The position numbers and the translations under genes are program-made. A stretch of DNA of 64,000 nt from Centroscyllium fabricii (Eukaryota): positions 174,158,001 through 174,222,000 of the forward strand of contig JBNRSN020000001.1 of assembly GCA_051313645.2 (NCBI GenBank). The letters run 5' to 3'. Shown piece after piece: positions 51,791 through 64,000 of this stretch (positions are counted from its first letter, which is position 1; each line of letters starts with the position of its first letter). Under the pieces are notes generated by a model. That model did no database searches. It was given only the letters and a program-made list of their open reading frames with translations, and was not told the origin of the DNA.

Positions 51791-53138
51791 ATTACTGTGC
51801 ATGTTAGAAATTATGGTTACGGCTACAGATATATCTCATTCGCTTTTAATAAAATTTCGTTCAGACTAGACTTTGTGCGGATTGCAACCAACGTCAACTA
51901 GGAAAGCAGCTGATTATTTAAAATATTTTTAAATATTCAAGTTTCTGTACCATATATGTTTTGTAGGTTTGTGTGTACACAATTTCAGGTATGTATATAG
52001 ATACACTTTCAGTAGAAAGGGGGCAGTGTACCTGGAAACCTCAGTACTGCACGTATTTGTTGGTGAAATGATGCTTTCTCCAAACAGGATGATTATTTGA
52101 AGTGATTGCTAATCCCAACATAAACAACTTGCAAAGCAGGAATGCTGGGTTATCTGGGGAAAATAATACTTAACCGGAAATGGAGGAATGTTCAGTTTGT
52201 TTCGTTCGCTGAAATTATATCCGTTCTCAGTTACTCTGATGATGGTGAACAGGAAGTGAGAATATTTGTCACTAGGTGTGGCATCTTGTTGGAAGTTGAA
52301 ATCATTCTGCACAGTATGCTCTGCTTTTTTGTGTGAATTTTTATTTTAAAGACACAAAAAATGATTGCCTTTTTAGTGGCCCAGTGGTTAAATGTGGTAC
52401 ATTGTGTGATATTGAGGCAGAGAGATGTGCGGTTGCTGGTCTGTGCTGAGTTCACAATCTCAGTCGGTTCAGTGATGAGGTGGAAAATTAAATTTTGAAT
52501 CTGTTATTTATTGTTTGCTCTTTTTGGATCCCACCACCTTTTATTTAAAACTGGGACCTTCAAACTTAGAATTTGTAACATTAAGTAATCTGTTACAACC
52601 GATTTAGTTAATTTAAATAAATTTTGCTATATTGGGATGGGAGGAGGAGTACAAAGAATTTTTAGCAGAGGAAAGTGTGTTTAGCTAGAAGTCAGGCTAG
52701 CTCCCATTTGATCTAAAATCCATGTCTTTAGACAATGGCACAGGCAGAGGGCTGCAGCCACACATGACCATGCTCCTGTCCTCCAGTCTTTTTAATTTAA
52801 TTCAGAGTTTACCGTCTCCATCTCTCAATTTCTGCATAACTGAATTTCGTTTTGGACATGGGTGACACTTGGCAAAACAGTATTGATGGGATTTAATTGA
52901 AGTGCAGGGCTGTGGACAATTTTAAACTCAAAATGCAAAGATAGCTCCTCCATCTAGAAAGGCCTGCCTTTGCGGTCCATATAATTATTTTTGTATTATG
53001 ATGAGTAAGATGAAGCTTCACTAGAATTTGTCCAAGAATTGTGATGAGTGAATTTAAGAAAAAGAATTTAAGAAAACTATATCCTCCACAATCTAGGAGA
53101 TCTTATCCTCTTCAGAAGTACCCTGATCTGGTCTCGGA

Positions 53139-53540
53139 TAGAAACATAGAAACATAGAAACTAGGATCAGGAGTAGGCCATTCGGCCCTTCGAGCCTGCG
53201 CCGCCACTCAATGAGATCATGGCCGATCATCCAAACCCAGTACCCCGCCCCTGCCCTCCCCCCATATCCCTCGATCCCTATCGAGCCTGCACCGACACAT
53301 ATCCCACCCTATCCCCGTAACCCCACATATTCAATCCCCCTAACACTAAGGGTCAATTTATCCTGGCCAATCAACCTAACCCGCACATCTTTGGACTGTG
53401 GGAGGAAACCGGAGCACCCGGAGGAAACCCACGCAGACACGGGGAGAATGTGCAAACTCCACACAGATAGTACCCGAGGCTGGATTTGAACCCGGGTCTC
53501 CAGTGCTGTGAGGCAACCGTGCTAACCACTGTGCCACCTA
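53139..53540 (-). mobile_element. Full-length HE1/V-SINE
   Basis: Near-identical to 36833-37229; (CTATGTTT)n tail. Confidence 0.9.
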
Positions 53541-54057
53541 GCAAGCTTCGCATCTAGATAATTCATACCTTTTTAATTGTGTAGGGATTAGGGAGTTCAA
53601 TCATTTTATAATTTGCAGAGGAATAACCAATTGCTCTACTTAATAATAAAAGAAAAATCTTTTATCTTGGCGAGTCACCAAAGGTAGAATAATCTATTAC
53701 AAGAACTCTGGAGTCTCGACTAAAGAGCATTTTGATTTCCACAAAATGCAGCAGATCTAACCTGCTTTATTCATGCTCTTAGAATTTCCTTAACATATTG
53801 CCTCAATTAACAAAATCCTTAGGCATGGGGCCAGTTTGGTATTTGTGACTATTTCAAGCAACAGTGTTGACTCTGACTACTTTAGTGGTGTCAGCCTGCT
53901 TGTCCAACATCAAGTTGTGAATTAGCCAGAACTTTCTCCAGTTCAACTTTGGGAAAAGCCAAGTCATCTAATTCAGCTCCCAAGAATTCCATATCTTTGC
54001 CTCTGACTCCATTTTCCTTCTGCAGCTGCTGGCTCAGTGAACCAGACAGTATGTACC

Positions 54058-56258
54058 TGAGATAACTCAATTAGGACTGAAGCGAGTTTCTTAATAAAGA
54101 GGCTTTTATTAACAAAGAACTGAACCGTACGCCCGATGAGCCTGCCTAGTACAAAAGACCAGTGGGCGGAGCGTACTCCTTTATACTAGCACCCAGAGGC
54201 GGGGTCAGCCGGGAGAGGTCCTCACAGAAAGATAAAGGCATTAACAGATATATAACAAGAGATATACAATAACAGTACAGTGTGAACCACACCAAAAGGT
54301 TCATCACATTCACCCCTTCCTTAAAAACAAGTCCTGCGGGGTGAGTATCAGCACTGTGTTATAAGTCTCTGTGGAGGTTTAATAGTCCGAACAGATCGGC
54401 GAGGCAGTGTCAGTTCTGGCGAAGAAGCAGGAGTAGCTGTAATCTGAGAAGACGCTGACGGGGCTCCCGACGTGAACAGAGACTCCACTGGTGGAAGAAG
54501 TACCTCAGGCACGAGCAGAGCTGGTGGAGGTGTAGCAGCCCCCGGAAGAGCAGGCTGAACAAAGCAATGAGCTCCATCGTGCTTCGGAAGTGATGAGGGC
54601 CCCGATGTGGTGTGCGCAGGTGAATGAAAAGACGGCCCTTGTTGTGAAAATGTGACCTGGGAGGGCAAGGGCTTGTGGCGCGCAAACACCAGAATGCTGA
54701 ATTGCCCCGGAGTTGCCTGTTGCTGCTGCCAGGACCAGTAGAGTTGCTCCTGAGCTGCCTGTTGCTGCTGGCAGGATCGGTAGAGTTGACTGGATCAAAG
54801 ATGGTGGCACCCCGGTTTAGACGGGGCCGGCGCTGCCAGGATCAAAGATGGCGCCCACGTTTCACGACAAACCGGCGATGAAGATGCCCGCGCCCCCAAA
54901 GATGGCGGAGCGCGGGAAACTACCAAGGAAGAAGGCGCCTGTGTCCCCAAAGATGGCGGAGCGCAGGAAACGACGATGGCGGGCCGCCGCTGAGGTAGGG
55001 TGGGTGTCGATTGTTGCGATGTCTGCGAGGGCCGCAATTTCGGCGAGTTCTGCGAGGGCCGCGATTTCTGCGAGGGTCGCTGTCGGGGCGCGCTAGGTAC
55101 CTGAGGCCACTCTGTGGCGTGGACATCGCAGGCCACTGCCATTTTCCGGGCTGATTCCGGGGCCGATCGGCAGACCTTTGCAAAATGGCCCTTATTGCCA
55201 CATCTGGAGCATGAAGATACCTTCGCTGGGCAGGAGCTTCGTGGATGGCGTTTCCGGCCGCAAAATAAGCATTTTGGAGGCGCTGGCGGTCTAGATGGTG
55301 TCGTGGCCGCAACGGTTGGCGTCGAACGGGAGTCCCAAGGCCCAGGTGACACCGCGTGGGAGCCGTGCCTCGTGTACGAATCTAGGCTCCGGAGGGCCCC
55401 GTCCACCGCGTTGGAATGTTTCACCGCCTCATTAAGGGATAAGTTATCCTGCTCGAGCAGGCGGGTGCGGGCTGGGGCCGATCTGATGCCTGCCACGTAG
55501 GCATCGCGGATGTGGAGGTCCATTTGCTCCTGGGTGTTAACAGGGGCGCATCCGCAGCGCAGAACGAGAGCTTGAAGAGCCTCCAGGTACACCTCATTCG
55601 ACTCACCATGCTGTTGCCGCCGTGTGGCGAGGAGATGGCGAGCATAGACCACGTTGACTGGCTGGAGATATCGAGCCTTCAGCAGCTCCATTGCTGCATC
55701 GTATTCCGTGGCATTCTTAATTAGGGAATACACCCCGCCACTCACGCAGGAGTCCAGGACTCTTCTCTTGTGCGCATCGCTGACTCCGGCCACGACAAGT
55801 TACGACTCGAAACAGCTTAGCCAGTGTTCAAAATCATTCGACGCGTTCGGTGCCTGGGGGTTTCAGAATGGTCTCCCACCTCTCCGATGCTGCTGGCTGC
55901 TGATTTTCATTCTGCTGCTGATTTTCGTTCTGCAAGGCGCCCTGCTGCTGTTGGCTCATTTTAAAATCTTTGTTAATAAAATTGAGACACCTCAATTACC
56001 ACTGAAGTGAGTTTCTTAATAAAGAGGCTTTTATTAACAAAGAACTGAACCGTATGCCCGATGAGTCCGCCTAGTACAAAAGACTAGTGGGCGGAGCGTA
56101 CTCCTTTATACTAGCACCCAGAGGCGGGGTCAGCCAAGAGAAGTCCTCACAGAAAGATAAAGGCATTAACAGATATATAACAAGATATATACAAACACAT
56201 TAAACAGAACTATATACAATAACAGTACAGTGTGAACCACACCAAAAGGTTCATCACA
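54058..56258 (-). mobile_element. Non-autonomous Gypsy (Mag-like) LTR retrotransposon, gag only
   Basis: LTRs 54058-54308 and 55983-56258 (TG..CA), 5-bp TSD GTACC, PPT AAGGAAGGGGTGAA before the 3' LTR, integrase C-terminal tail RRSVRTIKPPQRL, pol otherwise absent. Confidence 0.92.
54795..55860 (-). pseudogene. Mag-type gag with two zinc knuckles; in-frame stop near the N-terminus
   Basis: FEHWLSCFES*..YARHLLATRRQQHGES..IRDAYVAGI..RTRLLE; CLFCGRKRHPRSSC and CSRCGNKGHFAKVC. Confidence 0.85.
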
Positions 56259-57134
56259 GTACCTTGGTGTCATATTTGACTCTCAGTTCCATATCCTGTC
56301 TGTTGGCAAGAGTGCTTATTCCTACCTCACCACCAATGAAATCTATACTTTGCTTGCCTCCAGGCTCAACTGCTCCCAGCTGCCCTCGCCCACCTCCTGT
56401 TTCCACCTTCAATTAACTGCAACTCATGCAAAACTCTGTTGCCCACATCCTGTCCCACACTTAAGCCCCATTCATCTAAACTTTGTCCTCAATCTTGCAG
56501 TCTCAATGCATCAAATTCAAAATTGTCATCCCAAATATTTCACCGTTATTTTTATAACCTCTCCCAGACCTATGTCCCAGATGTGCTCTTTTGTCTTCTG
56601 ACTTGAGCCTCCTTCAGCTCCACCATCAGTAGGACCTACAGTTCATTCAACCTACTTTCTGGAACTCCCTCTCTAAACCCCTTTGCCTTACTATTTCTCT
56701 TTCTTTCCATCCTTTCGCCACCCCCATCACCTTTAAAGGCCTCCTCAAATCCTATCCCTTCAAACTTGCATTCCTTGAACAGAAATTCCTTGCTTTTCTT
56801 TCCCGTTCCCCAGATGTATATTTTCAATTGGCCACTCTGCAGACTGTACTAATGTGATCAGTGCTGTGCTTTGGTCAATTCAACAAATCAATTCAACAAA
56901 GGTTTGTAAGAACCACAATATAAGGGCCATTAGAAGAAAGTACTGCCATTTTTAAATTGTAATTTATTTGCTTATGATTTAGAACAGTACAGCAGGACTT
57001 GGTTAAAGTACGTTACAGTATTTTGAAGCATGTGCAGTGTTAAATCACATTTGTGTCATCACACAGAAGATTTGCTTACCTCTACTTTTGATTCCTGGCT
57101 AAAGCTATGACTCGAAATCTGTTCCAGTTAGTTT

Positions 57135-57333
57135 ATGATGTGGAGGTGCCGTTGGACTGGGGTGGACAAATGTAATAAGTCACACAACACCAGGCATAGT
57201 CACAACAGTTTTATTTGAAATCACAAGCTTTCAGAGCATAGCTCCTTCGTCTGATGAAGGAGCAACGCTCCGAAAGCTTGTGATTTTAGATAAAACTGTT
57301 GGACTATAACCTGGTGTTGTGTGACTTCTTGCA
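57135..57333. mobile_element. Fold-back Penelope-like insertion (family A)
   Basis: ~80-bp inverted arms; CTGATGA-A-GGAGC-AAC-GCTCC-GAAAGCTTGTGA at 57251-57283; flanks ccagttagttt / ctagttagatt. Confidence 0.8.
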
Positions 57334-60243
57334 CTAGTTAGATTAAAAGAACATTATCTAAAACTTGGAGACTGCAGAGTAGTTTTTCATAAGCTTCTGA
57401 TCATTGTCTATGGAATTTGGGTAGCCTAATGAGCAGTTGAGGAAACTGATTAGGTAGTCAGTATTTTGATATAATGTACAGCAATTTTTTTAAATAAACA
57501 AATGTTATTTTTGCCGCCTTCCAAAAAACCCCACCTCTCCTGATGGTGGCGAACCACATTTGGGTTGCCGCTACACCTTGCACAAATTGTCATTTGGTAG
57601 TTTATCATGTGCGAGTCCAGACAGTAAATATATTTAACAGTGGGACACCACAGCTGAGACCCAATTCTATCCAGCAACATCTGCAAGTGCACTAATGAGG
57701 ACTCATCGGATAATGGTCAGGAAAGACACTTTTATTTCTTCCATTCCTAAGCTAGAGACCGGGGCCAATTTCACCACCCTAGCTGAGACCTGCTTGGTCA
57801 GCAGAGACTGCAAGTTGATTTGGGGCATTCCTGGTCTGTATGGGCACTTTAATATTTGTGGTGTACCTCTGGCACTTAAGCGGAGACATGACCGTTCTAA
57901 GTGCTGCTCTTTTTTAAATTGTGCTTGTGTGCTGTCTGCCTCGAGAGGACCAAACAAGAGACCTGTATTTTCACGGAGGTGTGGAGTTCACCTGCTTCGT
58001 TTTATAGTGTTGACAGCAGGGGTACTGCACACCTGCTGCCAACAGACACTAATAATGTAAAAGCCCAGATGACTCTGCTCCATACTGTGTGGTGCCTTTA
58101 CCAACGAGACCACTGGGCGAGTCTAGAAATAAATTGTTATTTGTATGGTATTGTTGAAGACTCACAGGATCTTTCTCGTATATTTTTGGTATGAAAAGTC
58201 TGAACACGTTCCTATACCTTTTTTTGGTTATGTAAATCCTAAGCTGTTTCAATTAATAGCTGACTGAATTTAACTTCAAAGAAAAGTCAATTCCATGGTA
58301 AAATGTTGCATTGACAGAGTAGTTTTACTATAGAGACTGTTTAATAACTGAATTTCAAATTTGCACCATATCCCGTTTTAAATATTAACGTGTATGCACA
58401 ATTTTAGTCACAATATTGTCATAGAATGAATTTATAATTGCTGTAATTTCCCTCAAATGAAAAAGAAATTCTCATTTTGCTTGGAAACTGAATGGAATGA
58501 GGTTTCACATCATATAAACTGTTGCATCAGCACAGTTTAAAAAATACTTACATTTTGTTTGTGGGTAGTAAACATTTGTTGAATGTGAAAATGCTCCTCT
58601 GATTTGGTTAGGGGTATTTGAAAGAAAATTGTTATCCAACAGAGTGTAGAACTGCAAAGGCAACCTGTCATCCATTATATTGGATTGGGCTAAGTGTCTG
58701 CCAGTAAATTGAGCAGTTTTGCATCGGGTGAAGATAAGCCATCTGTGCAAGCCAGGCTTATGGTTGTATAATTTACCATCCTAAATTAAACTGGTTTTAG
58801 TACTGTTTATAACACAAGAATGGATCAAGTGGGATAAATCTGCATTGTGCTGCTGAAGAGTACCAGCACATGGAGGTCGAAGAGACTAAAGTAGCAGTAA
58901 ACTACACCTATAAATCCCTGTAAAAGCTGCCTACTATTACTGTATAATGCCATCCAGAATCATCTTAGAGAAGAGGAGAGTGAGCCTAGCAGAGCTTGAT
59001 GTGGTGCAGCCAAAACTGATAGATGGCTAAGTTGATTGTGTACCAGGTACTCAAGATTGTGCCACGTGGACTTTTGGGAATGAAGATGGAGCTGCATCAG
59101 GGAAAGAGCAGTGATGGGAGATGTTGACTGTTTTGTTAGTGATAAGTATGGATGTAACGGAGTGGTTGAACAACTGAACAGCTGCAACGGTATGATGATG
59201 TATAAAGGGCCGAAGGCTAGGTACGCAGTTGGGAGTTAGAGAATGCAGTGGTGAATGACTTGGGAGAGTTTGTTTCTCCTAGGGTTGGATGCAGAAGAAA
59301 GTGGGGTTGAGAAAGGGTCGGGGATGTAAGTGTGTGGGCCACAAAGAAGTGTTTGCTGTTTGCCTCGTTAGTGCTCGAGACTACGGGAGATGGCGCGGTT
59401 GAGGGGGTGGCTGGAAATATGGATGGGAGAGTTTATATTGAAGGGGAGGGTTAGAAAGGATGAGACTGGTGAATTCAGAGGAGAGGGAGGTCAAGAGGAG
59501 CCGAGATGAAGACTACAAACACCTACAAACACCAAGGATGAGCAATTACTTGCTGGAGAGGCCAAAGAAGAATAAAGGGGGATATGTTGGAGGAAATGGG
59601 GTTATGGCATAATAATGTAAATTAATCATTTGAAGATGCTAATAAACTAAATGTGACATTTGCACAAAAGGAATTTGAATATCTACAGCCGTACGTATAT
59701 TTGGATTATTGTTTATGACGGTTACTAATGAGGAGGTTTTAATAATTTGCCGCATTTTACTATTGCAGAAATAGTATGAATTCTAGCTTTGGTGGAAGGA
59801 AGGCACAAGATTTGCACGTCTGGACAGACTTTGCGAAAAAGAATGAAAATTCTTGAAATTCTGAGGAACTGTAACGAACTTGATCATCAATCTCAGCACA
59901 ATAACCTATTTGAAGAAAAAAAAATTGTGTGCAACACTACAGATCTCAAACTAACTGCAGAAGTTTGCTTGCCTAGTTTCAGCAATGAACAAATAGTTTT
60001 TCTTGGCAGTTTCAATTTTTAATTTACACTTGAAAACTTGTCTTTCTTGCACATGCAATAGAGGCAGTTTTTAAAAACAAAGTTTACTGGCACGTGAATA
60101 AAATTGAGGAATTGTAGTCTGTTCAGATTGAGGAATATTTTCATTTCAGACAAATAACATTGTTCAAGATTACTAAGCCATCTAACGTTAGCTTGTCTTT
60201 GAAAATTTGTGTATTCTAATATCTTTACATGTTTTTTTTGTAG

Positions 60244-60300
60244 GGTCGTCATGTCAAAACAGGTCAACTGGCAGCCATTAAAGTTATGGATGTTACAGAG
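60244..60300 (+). CDS. MAP4K4: Internal coding exon (exon 3 equivalent) of a GCK-IV/Ste20 kinase (MAP4K4 most likely; TNIK/MINK1 possible)
   Basis: ttttttttgtag|GGTCGT...ACAGAG|gtgagt; 57 nt, phase 0-0; translates GRHVKTGQLAAIKVMDVTE (kinase subdomain II with catalytic Lys). VTE matches MAP4K4/MINK1 (human TNIK has VTG). The very long upstream intron favours MAP4K4 over MINK1. I did not find the preceding exon (GNGTYGQVYK) in the window. Confidence 0.9.
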
Positions 60301-61759
60301 GTGAGTCAACATGTCATTTCTATTTAATAGTTCCAATACTACGTTGCACTTGAGTTATTTAGCTTGTCTCATTGTTTTAATAGCACACAATGGAAAATAA
60401 TCCAAATTTTGTATGCAACATTGTGACTTAATATGCTACATCATTGTTTAATCTAGCTTTATCAGGGGGTTGATATTCTACTGAACACCATAGAAAGGGC
60501 TCAATTGGACAGCTAGCAAATGCAAAAGAAATAAAAGTTGATGCAATATTAATGATAAAATGCTCCAGTGCAGTTAGTCTGTGCAATAGCCCAACACATA
60601 CAAAGTATCAGGAAAATATTGGGCCATAATATATGGTGGGTAATAATGGCAACTAACCGTGTTCGCCATTCTTAACCCTTTGAAACTGACCGCAACTTCA
60701 GGACGTAGCGCATGCACAACTGAATGCAGAAATCATGAAGTTGCGGTCAGTCATTCACTGCTCTGACATTGGCTGGCTGCATAGTTGGCAATCCGTGTAA
60801 TCAGTGAAACTGATGAAAACTTGGGCTTTTCCACAGTAATATTGCTGTTAAATACCTCATTAAATGTTAGACTTTGTTGGATTAGGGGTAACTAGGGTTT
60901 TAACATCATATTGACTGCTAAACAAAGGTTATGGCCCTGAAAAAATAATTACAATTTTGTGAAGCGTCAAATTTCTACCATTGTGATAAAAAATTATGCT
61001 TGCATTTATCTAGTGCCTTTCGCAACCTCCGGACATCCCAAAGTGCTTTACAGTCAATGAAGTACTTTGAGCACAGCAAGGACCCACAAACAAAAAGTTT
61101 GAGACTTGCTTTGGATCCCAGATAATCTTAGACTTCAGGCATGGCAGGAATTGCTGGATTGTGCATCATTATTTAATGAAATAGCAATCGAGTTAAATTT
61201 ATTGCTTTTTACCTCTTCTGCATATGCTTGTAGCAAATTGTATATTTTGATACCGCATGCAATATAGTGAACATGGTTGACTGTTAATTGTACTTTTTCA
61301 GTCTGTTTTTATAAACAAATTTTATTTTTGTCAGTTAATTTTCTAACATAGTTTACTTATTTCAGTATTCGACAAAATACACTTCTGCAAAATGTACTTT
61401 TATAGTCTTCCTGTAAATGCCAACTAGATAGGGTTAGTAGCATTAAGTGACTTGTATAGAAATTTTGGAGCCGGTTTGTGAATTTTGACAACCCAGTTGA
61501 CAGGAAATGTTTCTTGTCGATAATAGTCGCTTGAGTTCCTGACTTTTGTTTTTGTGGTCATCCACAAAAAACTGGAAAATGTAACTGACAGACGTCAGTG
61601 GATAACAGGAAAACATAACATTTTTATCCTTTTTGTCAAGAAGTTTGAAGGATGATATTTAACAACTGTGTTCTGACCTTTAAGAAGTCTCCAGCTATGA
61701 AGAGAACATCAATTTGCCCTTATTTGGTGTTCAATGTAAATACACTTCAGAAGTGAAAA

Positions 61760-63260
61760 TAACGAGATGCCAAAAGGCGGGAAAAGAGTTGAGGGTGGTG
61801 ACTGAAGGCATCATCAAAGAAATTATTTTTGAAGGATGGGAAAAGGTTTAGGGAGAGAGTTTGAGTGTGTGGCCAAGGTGTCTGAAGGTGTGTACAACAA
61901 ACCACAACAGTTTGTATTTATATAGCACTTTTAATGTAGTAAAACGACCCAAAGTGCTTCACAGGAGTATTAAAAGACAGAGTAGTCAAAAATGCAAAGT
62001 CAGAGCAGTAGAAGGCTCATAGAGGAACATAGGGCTAAAGGGGGTTGCAGGGATGGGGGCGAGGCAAGAGCATGGAGGGACTTGTAGATGAGGATAAGAA
62101 TTTTGAAATGAATGTGTTGAGAAATAGGGAGCCAGTAAAGGTTGGGGAGTGCAGGACAGTTCATGTTGATAAGAGTTTTGGGCGTTGTAGTTGGTGGAAC
62201 ATGGGTGCTGTCAAGTTGAGTGTTGTGATAATCAAGTCTTGGAGATGACAAAGATGTGGATTTTGTTTCAGCAGTATTGATGGCGAGGCGGAATAAAAGG
62301 TGTGTAATGATGTGGAGGTAGAAATAGGTCGTCTTGGTGATGGTTAAGGTATGGAGTTTGAACCTCAGCTTGAGGTCAAAGAGGGCACGAGGTGTGCATG
62401 CCATCAGGCTCAGCCTAAATGAGTTACCAGATAAAGGAATGGAAGTAGGGACCAAGGTGCAGAGTTTTCAGTATGCCAACAGGATCGCTTTGGTCTAGGA
62501 CCAAAATTCAAGGAAGTTTTGGTCCATCCAAGATTTGTTGTTGGTTAAGCAGTCAGAAAGCATAGTTGTGATCAAAGAATTGAGGGTGGTCTCAAAAGTA
62601 AACTGGAGTGCTATTAGCATGCATGTGAAATCTGACCCATGCCTTTGAATGATGTTGCAAAGGAACAACATGCACATGAGGAAAAGAAGAGGTTGAAGTC
62701 CAAGAGGGATATGGGGGTCGTGGTAATATATATATGGAAGGGCATGGCTGGCAGAGAAAGGACTTCACAGTGGGCACATGCTGCTGAGGAAGCTGAGCAT
62801 ACAGTCTCAATCTTTGAATTAAAGAAATGCAACTGCTCTTTACATTCGGTGTTGGGAGTGAAGATGGGGAAGCAGAGGGAGCGGTTTGTCATTGAGAAGA
62901 GTATTGAGTTGTTCTTGCCTTCCAGAATAATCCTGGAATAGTGGGAGGATTTGGACGAGGAGTGAGGGGTGTGTTATTCCTTTGGATGATTGATGCTGCT
63001 GTAGCAGTGAAGAATCAGATTAGTTGCCTGCCAGGTGTGCTTCAGCCTGCAGCCCTCAGCTTTAAGGGTGTAGAGATGAGAATTATAATGTAGGAACGAT
63101 GAAGATTAGAGACACAGGAGGGCTTGGAGTGCACAGGGGCATCAAAGGCAGCGGGAAGGGATTATTGAGCAGGTCGCGTGCAGTAGATATGTTCAGGTGG
63201 GTGGATGTCCAGCAGGGAGGAAGTTGAGTGTTTGAGGTTGTTGGAAAATGAGCTGAGGGA
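61760..63260 (-). mobile_element. Degenerate L2 LINE
   Basis: ITKTTYFYLHII..SPRLDYHN..LYWLPISQHIHFKILILIYKSLH; DCLTNNKSWMDQNFL. Confidence 0.75.
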
Positions 63261-63965
63261 TAGTTTTAATAGGCATCTAAATTTTTTCTTGTATTGTCGG
63301 TGTCCTCTAAATAAAGGCTTCATTTGTTGATGCAATTCAGAGAAATACTGAATAAGTAAAGTGTGCCAAAGGAGTAATGCACACAGCAGTGTTAATACTT
63401 TGGTTTTTGTTTTAGAGCACACATTTACATAAATATTGAGGTCGAAAAACTGCATTCTCTTTGGACTTCCAAAGCAAAAATGTTGGTATCGCTGATGTGA
63501 AAATGATTATAATCTCCTCTGTCCTCTTCTTTCAACCTCCAATACCTTTTTGCTTGAGCTATGCTACCGTACAGCTAGCCACGAGGAGGCATACAGGACC
63601 GCTTTTGTGATGACTCCTAGTTCTTCCCCATACAAGGGTATCTGACATCTGCTTTGTACCACCTTCCAACAACATCAACAACTTGTCTTTATATAGTGAA
63701 AGGTCCCAAGGTGCTTCACTTCCCACCATACAATACCATACATTGGGAATTTGGTAAAGGGACTTCAGCTTGAATCCTTCCTTGCATAGTACAGGTATTG
63801 TGTTGATGCTCCAACATACTCTGCCACTGAACTGACATGCACAAAATTATGAGAATCTTAAATATTCTCAGCTCTCTTGATCCAAGATACAATGATCTAT
63901 ATTTACTACATCATTTTATATTCCTTTAGACTTTATTTTTATTATTTAATTTTTTTTATAAGCCA

Positions 63966-64000
63966 AACTAATGAGTTGCTTTCCATTTCCTGCTTTTTTC
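63966..64000 (+). other. Probable branch point and polypyrimidine tract of the next host exon (AG would lie just beyond the window)
   Basis: aaactaat (branch-point-like) followed by ttgctttccatttcctgcttttttc at the window end, 3.7 kb after the kinase exon. Confidence 0.4.

Noticed and set aside
7554-60300. In-frame QKI-MAP4K4 fusion via the 141-nt (phase 0) exon
   Set aside because: The Met1 frame hits TGA at codon 7 and has no later ATG; the Met5 frame is phase 1, out of frame with the kinase exon.

Overview
This is eukaryotic, repeat-rich, mostly intronic DNA. It is almost certainly from a cartilaginous fish (shark or ray), judging by HE1/V-SINEs, SacSINE1-like DeuSINEs, HER1-type CR1 LINEs and shark-type Penelope elements. 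The only intact host coding sequence is a 57-nt exon at 60244-60300 (GRHVKTGQLAAIKVMDVTE) of a GCK-IV kinase, most likely MAP4K4 (TNIK or MINK1 possible). The preceding ~60 kb is therefore probably its long intron 2, and the window ends in what looks like the next 3' splice-site region. Four things in the intron stand out. (1) A 1.5-kb hAT-like 'Pack' element has captured GC-rich 5' gene ends: a CCAAT/GC promoter, a candidate ATG|GTGAGT first exon, and QKI coding exon 1 with its splice donor, all in the host's sense orientation. (2) Fold-back Penelope-type insertions with 11-13 bp TSDs carry minimal hammerhead ribozymes, in two covarying families. (3) A gag-only Mag-type Gypsy element lacks a tRNA PBS but has a 15-nt self-complementary PBS. 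(4) A decayed Tigger/pogo transposon holds a 2-kb minisatellite, and related MITEs carry differing internal cargo and NRF1/YY1 motif arrays. The long ORFs at 30.6-33.1 kb are repeat artefacts. All family assignments come from recognising sequence by eye, not from database searches.
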